A stretch of DNA of 64,000 nucleotides from Felis catus (lineage: Eukaryota), in contig NC_058382.1 of the NCBI RefSeq assembly GCF_018350175.1, positions 50,222,001 through 50,286,000 of the forward strand. The letters are read 5' to 3'. Within the stretch, counting starts at the first letter, position 1. Every line of letters starts with the position of its first letter. Shown piece by piece: positions 50,866-61,000 of the stretch. The notes under the pieces were generated by a model that was given only the letters and a program-made list of their open reading frames with translations, was not told the origin of the DNA and searched no databases. The position numbers and the translations under genes were made by a program.

Positions 50866-51590
50866 AACCCATAAGATTCTTAAAATCACTTATTAAGGTG
50901 AAGAATTACCTTTAGATTTATCTATATGTTTTATATACATAATATATGAACTTAAAGTTTTATTTTTTCTTTGAAATCATTATAATTTTGATATTTTTAT
51001 TTATTTCTCTTGCTTGGACCTTCAAGATTATATTGAACAAAGCTGGTGATAATGGACATCTTAGTCTCACCCTACAGTTTCATGGAGAAACTTCAGTATT
51101 CATTATTCGGTGTAATTTTTTCTTGTAAGGTATTTTTTAGATAGCTTAAGGGAATCTTCTGTTAGTATTATAGCGGGTTTTATTGTGAATGCATGAAAGA
51201 GTATTTAATATTTCTTCAGATATACTCTTGAAAACATTAATTATTTTGTTAATGTGATGAATTACATGATTTATTTTCAGATGTTAAAACCAATTGTGCA
51301 TTCCCGGAATCACTCCAATTTGTATATATTTCTGGATTATTTTTGCCAACATTTTATATATGATTTTGCACGTATGTTTATGTTTTTGTCAAATTTTGGA
51401 ATGATAGTTATCTTGGTCTCAAATAGGCTGAAAATTTTCCCCTTTATTCTCTAGGAAAGTTTTTAAGTAAGATTGAGGTTAATTATTTCTGAAATATTTG
51501 GAAGAATTCAATAATGAAATCATCTTGGCCTGAAGTTTCCTCTGAAGATTTTCATTTGAGCTGTCATTTTTATAGGTATAGGAATATTCA

Positions 51591-51792
51591 GGGGTGCCTG
51601 GGTGGCTCAGTTGGTTGAGCGTCTGACTTTGGCTCAGGTCGCGATCTCAAGGTTCATGAGTTTGAGCCCGCGTCGGGCTCTGTGCTGACAGCTCGGGGTC
51701 TGGAGCCTGCTTCAGATGCTGTGTCTCCCTCTTTCTTTGCTCCTCCCCTGCTCACACCCTGTGTCTCTCTCAAAAATAAAGACTAAAAAAAA
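51591..51792 (+). mobile_element. CanSINE
   Basis: TSD TTTATAGGTATRGGAATATTCA. Confidence 0.95.
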
Positions 51793-51929
51793 TTTATAGG
51801 TATGGGAATATTCATATTATCTATTTCTTCTTGTGTTAGATTTATTAAATTGCATTTTACTAGCAATCTGTTCATTTTATCTAAAATTATATAAAGTCTT
51901 CATACCTTTTTGCATCTTCTTCTGTCTCC

Positions 51930-52222
51930 AATTTTTCATTTAAATTCCAGTTAGTTAACATATATTGTAATGTTAGTTTCAGGTGTAGAATTTAGTGATT
52001 GATCACTTAAATATAACAGGTGCTCATCCCAACAAGTGCCCTCCTTACTATCCTCCATCTCTTACTTCCCCCCTCCCCCTCCCCCTCCCCCTTCCACCCT
52101 CACCTCCAAGAACCTCAGTTTGTGCTCTATAGTTAAGAGTCTCTTTCTTGGTTTGCTTCCCTTTTCCCTGCCGTGTTCATTTCTTTTGTTTCTTAAATTC
52201 CACGTAAGTGAAATCATATAGC
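51930..52222 (-). mobile_element. Carnivore L1 3'UTR fragment
   Basis: Similar to 23530-23815 and 58085-58385. Confidence 0.85.
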
Positions 52223-52759
52223 ATTTTAATATTTTTCATTCCTAATATTATTTGGCTTTTCTTTGTCTCTCTCTTTGTCTTTGTCCCTCTCTTAAAGGTC
52301 TTTACATGGAGTCCACAGTTCTATTAAGTTATTATTTATTTTTTTAAACTATTTTCCAAACTTGTCATTTAAATTTTTTTCTCTAATGGGTTCTTTTCTT
52401 TATTTCGTTAATTTTTTTATCTTATTTTTACTATTGCCTTTTACTTTCATTGGATAGCTTACTGAGATGGTTACTTAGATCATTGAGTATTAGCATTTAT
52501 TCTTTTTCTAAATAAGCCCTCAAGGCTATAAATTTCCATCCTAGAATCTTTAAATGTGTCTCAGAAGACTCAGTATAATTTATGTTTATTGTATTTCCAT
52601 TTAGCAAATTAGAAAAATAGCACAGCAACTTTAGCTTTGACTCAAATATTGGAAATTGTCTAGTTAGATTTTTGTTACTGGTTTCTCATCTAATTCCACT
52701 TGGTTAGAGATACACATGGAATTGTTTCAATCCTTGTAATCCTGTAGTCCTCTTGCTAC

Positions 52760-54550
52760 TTAAGGTACTAGGGTGATCAGGTGATATATAGAGTCCTGGC
52801 CGAAGTCTCTCTCACTATGAATCCATTGGTGTCATTACTTTTCTGGTGAATTCCCCAGTCCTTCCTTGCATAATGAAGATATATATGTATAATTATAATT
52901 AGGCAGAATTCTTACATTGGTTTTCTGTCTTACGGAGAAAGAACCAGAATGTTTGTTAAAAAAACAAGTGGAAATACCTAAAATTCCTCACTGGTCAAGA
53001 GACTAAATGAGAAGCCTAATATATCCTAAGAGAAAAGGCAGATTTAGTATCACCCCACGCACTTAAAGAATGCAGGGTTGGGGGCGCCTGGGTGGCGCAG
53101 TCGGTTAAGCGTCCGACTTCAGCCAGGTCACGATCTCGCTGTCCGTGAGTTCGAGCCCCACGTCAGGCTCTGGGCTGATGGCTCAGAGCCTGGAGCCTGT
53201 TTCCGATTCTGTGTCTCCCTCTCTCTCTGCCCCTCCCCCGTTCATGCTCTGTCTCTCTCTGTCCCAAAAATAAATAAACGTTGAAAAAAAAAAAAAAAAA
53301 AAGAATGCAGGGTTGGTGATCTCCATTGTATTTCCATTCACTTAACTCATCTGAATCCTGAACATATCATATAGGGAAAATTATGGGGAAGTACCATAAA
53401 TTTAACCAAGTGATAGCACTGATAACTGTTGGCATCTATTGCAGTGATAAAGGCAAATAACATCTCAATATTAGGAAAATATTCTTGACTGCAAAGACCC
53501 CTTGAGGTATCACAGGATCTCCAGGGTCTAAGAGCCAAGAGTGGGAGTATTAGTGGTCTCTTTCACCATTATTCCCAGGGACCCACTTGATGAATTTGTG
53601 CTTCAGTTTCCCTGAGAGAAATGCTTCCGCCAGGGTACATACAAGAGTTCCACAAAAGCTAAAATCACAGCTGTACTTTAGTCATGCTGGTCTTTCACCA
53701 TGAAGTATAGAAGGCATTTGAGAAATTATTACACTGTTAGTGGAAATAGATCATTACTATCGTGTGGATATGGAGTTGCTGCAACATAATAATGAAGGCA
53801 GGGAAGTTCCTTGTGTTTCTGTATCTAGTAATTTACCAGAAAGGGGTAATGGCAGAAAGCATGACCTACCAAGAGCATGGTAACTGCAGTCTCAGAATCC
53901 TCAAAGATGAAGACCTGGTTTATCCCAGATCATCAGAAGCACTGGCCAATTACCCTGATTGAGTGGTAGAAGAGATAGTAAATATTAGTTACAACTTTCG
54001 GATAAAGTGCAATGAGGCATGTAACTTGTTCCACTAAAACTCCTGTGCATGTTAATTAAAAAACAAAACCAAATGAAACTTGACCCTGAAGGAAACGTGA
54101 CAGGAAAGAGTACACTTAACTTGGGGGCATGAATTGTTTTGAGTATCACAAAGGTCAGACTGCAGGCTTACTGCATCTGTGTGCTCTAGATAATTGGTGG
54201 CTGCCAGTAACTGTATGTTCTGCTGTACTCATGGAAGGCTAGAAGTGCTTTGGAATTATTTAACACCCTCAGAGATATCCCTCAGTCAACGCCCGATAAG
54301 AAAGGTCATACAAACCTTATCCCCCCCAACCCCCGCCGCCACATAGGATGTAACTGAGGTATGTGCTTACATGTCCCAGAGTTATTCCAGTTGTTTGTAT
54401 CCTGCTTATTTGGGTGCTTCTTATTGGTTGTCTCTCTTCCTTACATTAATTCCCACTTTAGTCTTCATGTTCCTTGCATCTCCCAAATGAACTACTTGCA
54501 CTAAAATATTTATCTCTGTTCTGCTTCTGGAAAAACCCCAAATAAGATTT
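52760..54550 (+). mobile_element. ERVL-class remnant: deleted internal region plus 3' LTR (LTR16-like, about 54161-54550)
   Basis: CACTTAAAGAATGCAGGGTTGGTGATCTCC resembles the ERVL pol LKDAGVVIP region; GACCCACTTG..GAATTTGTGCTTC; LTR end CTCCCAAATGAACTACTTGCACT..TCTGCTTCTGGAAAAACCCAAATAAGA. Confidence 0.7.
53081..53299 (+). mobile_element. Young CanSINE (SINEC_Fc-type)
   Basis: Pure A tail; perfect TSD AAAGAATGCAGGGTTG at 53065 and 53300. Confidence 0.97.
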
Positions 54551-57097
54551 GTGACCATCACTTGGTGCTGGGTTTTTCTGCCCCTTGGCCACTGCTTGGG
54601 AATTAGAAAATGCCTTACAGGTGAAAGTACTTCTAAATATCCAGCTCAATTCTATGCTCTTCTTTTCTCCCTGGGTTCTTGACCCTTCAAGTCCTTTCTG
54701 ACTTGGTATCTCTCTGATGCCTTCAAACAGACTTTAAAAAATGTATCTGGCTATTACATTTGTTCCCAACGGGAGAGTTGGTACAATGTAACTGATAACC
54801 AAAATCTATTTCTTTCATAATCCATGTGCGAATTAAAGAAACATTAATGAGAACTAAAAACAGTTACTGCCTTCTTCCATGATATTTTGAAAACTCAAGG
54901 AACATTTTGAAAACATACCATTCAATTTTATGGAAGCGAAAAATAACCAAGCCAAGCTCAAGGCATTCTTACATTATAACTCTTTGAGTCACCTTTGATT
55001 CTTTGTTTTCTGCTAATATCTACATCTTTGGGGAAGTTCCTTTACCCTTATTTTATGACAAAGAATTAGACTTCCAGATTTGCTATTATTTTCATCGTTT
55101 GTTCAGGGAGTAATTAACAGGCTTTTAAGGATCATCCACTCATTCCTTTGGGGGTAAGGGAGTGAATATAAAACACTCATATTTCTCTTCATTTTTTATC
55201 TAGCAAGTACATTCAGGAGGAGCACAGTGTACTCTTTGGAATAAAATAGAGGTGACAGGAATGAAAAAGTGCTCATTTGAAGAGTTTACCATTAATACTC
55301 ATTTTGTAGATTAATAGATCACTAGCCTCTAGGGTTAACAAGTCAGCAATTTCATAAAAATTAAATTTACATGAAAATATGGGGAAAATGAATAACATTT
55401 CAGTCTTTGTTGGTAGTAGGTCAAAAAGCCATGTCCCCACTGAATTTGGAGCTCTGCTTTACATTGACTTTTACTATGACCTGTTTTCCAGCTTCGAGTT
55501 TATTGACTGGCTGAAGGCTTCTCTCTGAACCAGTTGTTTTTTCTTTTGTAGTTTTTAGTTCCATATATTCAGGAAGCTGTGCCCATAAGTTGAGTTGTAA
55601 ATACATGCTCCTTGTGACTTCTCAATTAGTGAATGCCGTGAAGTTTGAGTGTTTCCTGGAGGGTGAGAGGTTTTGCCATATAATTATATTAAGAAGTTGG
55701 ACACATTGTCAGTATTATCTTGTTTGCTGATGTAAAGAGTGTCTTTTAACCCCTCACACATTGGAGAAAAGAAATGGGGGGGGGACTGCTGATACTGTAT
55801 TTATTGTAAAGATTAGTGACAACCTGAATATCCCATAATAAAAAGATGAAAGAGAAAAATACACCGAAATGTTACCATCAGGCCTGTTAAATGTAGAAAA
55901 ATGTTTTTCTCTATTCTGTTGGAGAAAGAATATAGCTGCTGATAGAATACTAGCTTCCTTCCAATGAGATGCCACCCTAAAGCAAGGGGTATGAAACTTC
56001 TGCTTTACACCTCTGAGTTTAAGATTCAAAAAGGATATTAGGGTAATATTCAATGTGTAAAAGCAGAGTAAAGGAAGCTCTCCTCTTGTCTTGAATTCTT
56101 TGTTCCCCTTTCTTACTTCGGTTGTAAACATCATATCAAAGCCTAGAATTTGCACTCCTGGTCCAAAATTTACAATTCTTGAGAAAAGAACAGAGGTACA
56201 GCAATTTTGATTATAGTTATTGCCCACCATTGAATTCTTTGTGCTTATTTGGCCCACACAACTTGGGGTGGTTTAAACTCTGAGGCAGAGACTAAATCAA
56301 ATGCTTTGAGACAGATAAATGATCTTGTCCACATTTTTTCTTGATTGTTGTGATGGTGGTGGGTGACCTGCCAAGTGCAGCTAGCAGAGGTATACAAGGA
56401 AATACTCTGACCTGGGCAAGATGGATTTAAAAAATTTCCTCACAGAGGGAAAATAAATGTTAGATTATTTAACTTATATATTGTATGAATTCACTAGATA
56501 TTTTCACTAAATATGTAAAATTTTAATATATTTGTTATTCGTTCAAAATATATAGAAAACTTAAGCTTGAATATTGCTAAGTGGTTGATTTAAAAAGATT
56601 AAAAAATGATTTGCTTTCAAAGAACTGGCTAAACACTGATCATTTCGCTTCAAAGTCACACACATATTTCACTAGCATTTGTCTTTCCAAGTATATGTCA
56701 CATTTAGGGTAGGTATTTGTGATATGCTATATGTTTATGACTGTTTTTATTAATGCCATGTTACATGATTTATTTAGAACATTCAATATTTATTTCAAAA
56801 GCCTATCAGGAAAGAAAATTTAACATGCACTATCCTGAGATCAAGATAGATTTCTGTTATTTTTTTATACATTGTGGACCTGGAAGCAAGAGTCAGTGTA
56901 GCATATGCTACTCTTATCTCAAGTAGGTTTTTTTCTTCCCTAATATTCACCAAATGCTTAACATGTACTCAGAACACATTATTCTAATTTTACAAATAAG
57001 GAAGCGAACTTGTGAGGTCTTAAATCACATGGCTAGCATGTGTCAGATTCATCATGGAACCTCTGAATCTGGATCCTCTTTTATGATGAAGAGTACA

Positions 57098-57415
57098 TTA
57101 GTCAGAGAAAGACAAAAATCATATGACTTAACTCATATGAGGACTTGAAGAGACAAAACGGATGAACCTAAGGGAAGGCAAACAAAAATAATAGAAAAAC
57201 AGGGAGGGGGACAAAACAGAAGAGACTCATAAATATGGAGAACAAACTGAGGGTTGCTGGAGGGGTTGTGGCGGGGTATGGGCTAAATGGGTAAGGGGCG
57301 TTAAGGAATCTACTCCTGAAATCATTGTTGCACTGGATGCTAACTAACTTGGATGTAATTTAAAAAAATAAAAAATAAAATAAAAAAAATAAAAGTATAC
57401 TTTTCCAAAAAAAAA
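57098..57415 (+). mobile_element. Young 5'-truncated felid L1 3'UTR
   Basis: Reverse complement of the 3'UTR at 32760-32990; A-rich tail. Confidence 0.9.
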
Positions 57416-57421
57416 AAAGTA

Positions 57422-58055
57422 CAGTGAAACCTTGGATTGTGAGTAACTTGTTCTCTAAGTATTCTGCAAGACGAACAAACATTTCTAATAAATTTTAACT
57501 TGATAAATGAGCCATGTCTTGCAATACGAGTAGTACGTGATGCTGAACATCACATAAGCACAACTGAGCCAATGGCTCTTCTCTCTCACACGCTGCTGGA
57601 TTGTGGGTGATCATTAATGCGATGTCACATTTATGTGAAATCCTCAAAAGCAAACAGAAGCAAGTGTCATTGCATAGGTTCCTTGTTAAAGTTGTACAGA
57701 AAGAAAAACATTCCATTGAGCCAATAGACAGCAGTGGTTTTTCTCAGTGATAGTGAAGTCATCCTACACAGTAACCCTCCTCTCGTCTCCCTCCAGCCTC
57801 CCTCGTGTCACACCAGCCACAAAAGTTTTCAGAGATAAGTGCAAGTTAATTTGCTTATTTTTCTTTATATTTTCATTTATTATTTTGTATTGTATGCAAT
57901 ATTGTAATCATTTTTAAATGAATATTTTTGCGTTGTGGAATGAATAATAGGAGTTTCCATTATTTCTTACGGGGAAATTCACTTTGATATACAAGTGCTT
58001 TGGATTACAAGCATGTTTCTGGAATAAATTATGCTTACATATCAAGGTTTTACTG
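57422..58055. mobile_element. Non-autonomous Tc1/mariner-superfamily (pogo/Tigger-like) DNA transposon
   Basis: TA at both flanks; terminal inverted repeats CAGTGAAACCTTG and CAAGGTTTTACTG (12/13 match); no transposase ORF. Confidence 0.85.
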
Positions 58056-58084
58056 TATTTAGAATTTTTGTGGGGATTTTCTTC

Positions 58085-61000
58085 TCTTTTTTAAGTTTTT
58101 ATTTAAACTCTAGTTAGCTAACATACAGTGTAATACTAGTTTCAGGTGTACAATATAGTGATTCAGTACTTCCGTACAACACCCATGCTAATCACAAGAA
58201 ATGCACTCCTTAACACCCATCACCTGCTTCACCCATTCCTCCCACCCACCTTCCCCCTGGTAACCATCAGTTTGTTCTCTATAGTTAAGAGTCTGTTTCT
58301 TGATTTGCCTCTCTATATCTGTTTTTTTCCCTTTGCTTGTTGGTTTTGTTTCTTAAATTCCACGTATGAGTAAAATCCTATGGTGTTTGCCTTTCTCTGT
58401 CTGACTTATTTCCCTTAGCATTGTACCCCCTGGCTCCTTTCGTGTCAGTGCAAGTAGCAAGATTTCATTCTTTTTTATGGCTGAGTAATATTTCATAATA
58501 TATATCTACCACATTCTTGATCCATTGATCATTTGATGGGCACTTGGGCTGTTTCCATAATTTGGTTATTGTAGATACTACTGTTATAAACATTGGGGTT
58601 CATGTATCCTTTTGAATTGGTATTTTTGTATTCTTTGGGTAAATACCTAGTAGTGTGATTGCTGGATCAGAGGGTAGTTTAGTTTTGTTTTTAATTTTTT
58701 GAGGAACCTCCATTCTGTTTCCATAGTGGTTGCACCACTATGTTTGCATTTACACCAACAGTGTAAAAAGGTTCACCTTCTCCACATTCTTGCCAACACC
58801 TGTTGATTCTTCTGTTGTTGATTTCAGCCACTCTGACAGGTGTGAGGTGATATCTCATTGTGGTTTTGATTTGCATTTCCCTGATGAAAAGTGGTGTTGA
58901 GCATCTTTTCATGTGTTTGTTGGCCATTGTATGTCTTTAGAAAAATGTCTATTCATGTCTTCTGCCCATTTTTAATTGGATTTTATTTTTTGAGTATTGA
59001 GTTTTATAAGTTCCTTATATATTTTGGATACTAGCTTTTATCAGATATGTCATTTGCAAATATCTTCTCCCATTCTGTAGGTTATCTTTTAGTTTTGTTG
59101 ATTATTTCCTTTGCTGTACAGAAGCTTTTTATTTTGTTGTAGTTCCATTAGATTATTTTTGCTTTTGTTTCCCTTGCCTCTGGCAACATGTCTAATAAAA
59201 AGTTGCTATTATTGATGTCAAAGATATTACTGCCTGTATTCTCTTCTAGGGTTTTTATGGTTTTAGGTCTCATATTTAGGTGTTTACTTGAATCAAATTT
59301 GAAGTTAATTTTGTGTATGATGTAATAAAGTGGTCTTGTTTCATTCTTTTGCATGTTGTCCAGTTTTCCTAACACTATTTGTTGGAGAGATTTTTTTCCC
59401 ATTGCATATTCTTTCCTGTTTTGTCAGAGATTAATTGACCATATAATTGTGGGTCCATTTCTGGGTTTTCTATTCTGTTCTATTTACCTATTTTTGTGCC
59501 AGTGGCATACTGTTTTGATTACTACAGCTTGTTAATATAACGTGAAGTTCAGAATTGTGATGCCTCCAGCTTTGCTTTTCTTTTTCAAGATAGCTGTGGC
59601 TATTCAGAATCTTTTGTGTTTCCATACAAATTTTAGGATTTTTTGTTTTAGCTCTGTGAAAAATGCTTCTGGTATTTTGATAGGGATTGCATGAAATGTG
59701 CAGATTGCTTTGGGTAGTATTGACGTATTAATAACACTGTTCTTCCAATCCATGAACATGGAATGTCTTTCCAAGTTTCTTTCATCGATGTTTTATAGTT
59801 TCCAGAGTATAAGTCTTTTACTTCTTTGGTTAGGTTTATCCCTAGGTATCTTACTTTTTTGGTGCAATTTTAAATGGGATTGATTCCTTGATTTCATTAT
59901 TGATGTATAGAAATGCAGTAGATCTCTCTTGGTTGATTTTGTCTCCTGCAACTTTTCTGAATTTATCAGTTCTAGAAATTTTCTTGGTGGAATCTTTATA
60001 TAGTACCTATATATATATAGTATCATGTCATCTGCAAATAGTGAAAGTTTTACAACTTCCTTACCAATTTGGATGCCTTTTTTAAATTTGCCTTTTATTT
60101 CTTTTTGTTTTCTGATTGCTATGGCTAGGACTTCCAGGACAATGTTGAATAAAAGTGGTGAGAGTGGACATCTTTGTCTTGTTCCTAACCTCAGAGAAAA
60201 AGCTCTTAGTTTTCCCCTATTTATGATAATACTAGCTGTGGGTTTGTCATATATAGCCTTTATGATGTTGAAGTATATTTCTTCTAATTCTACTTTGTTG
60301 AGTGCTTTTGTCATAAATGTTGTACTTTGTCAAATGCTTTTTCTGCATTGGTGAAATGATCATATGGTTCTTTTCCTTTTTTTTGTTCATGTGTTATATA
60401 TCATGTTGGTTGATTTGCAAAGAGCAAACCATCCTTGTAACCCAGGAATAAATCCCATTTGATTGTAATGAATGATTTTTTTAATGTCTTGTTGGGTTCA
60501 GTATGCTAATATTTTGTTGAGGGTTTTTGCAACTATGTTTGTTGGGGATATTGGGCTGTAGTTTTCTTATTTTGTGGTGTTTTTATCTGGTTTTGGTATC
60601 AGGGCAATACTGTCCTCATAGAGTGAATTTGGAAGTTTTCCTTCCTTTTCTATATTTTGGAATAGTTTGAAAAGAATAGCTATCAATTCTTTACATATTT
60701 GGTAGAATTCTCCTATGAAGCTGTCTGGTCCTGGACTTTGGTTTGTTGGGAGTGTTTTGATTACTGATTCAATTTCTTTGCTAGTTGTCAGCCTGTTCAA
60801 ATTTTCTATTTCTTTCTGTTTCAGTTTTGGTAGTTTATATGTTTTTGGAGTTTATCCATTTCTTCTAGGTTGTCCAGTTTGTTGACATACAGTTTTTTAT
60901 AATATTCTCTTAAAATTGTTTGTATGTCTGTGGTGTTGGTTGTTATTTTTTCTCTCTCATTTGTGATTTTATTTATTTGGGTCCTTCCTCTTTTCCTTTT

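Larger units (their letters stand above)
48520..52750 (-). mobile_element. Long decayed old L1M (3'UTR through ORF2) with nested SINEs and an L1 3' end
   Basis: AATGGAATCATACAGTATGT, CATTTCCATACAAATTTTAGAA, TATTTGGAAGAATTCA and other colinear antisense ORF2 remnants. Confidence 0.7.

Noticed and set aside
11390..53284. Recurrent peptides such as GAPGWRSRLSVRLQPGHDLAVREFEPRV
   Set aside because: Translations of CanSINE copies, not a gene family
55754..56257. 167-aa minus-strand ORF in apparently unique DNA
   Set aside because: No recognisable domain or splice context; a single ORF of this length in six frames of 64 kb is plausible by chance
59793..60314. Reverse transcriptase ORF (FADD motif) as a novel RT system
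   Set aside because: Ordinary frameshifted L1 ORF2 fragment within a colinear L1
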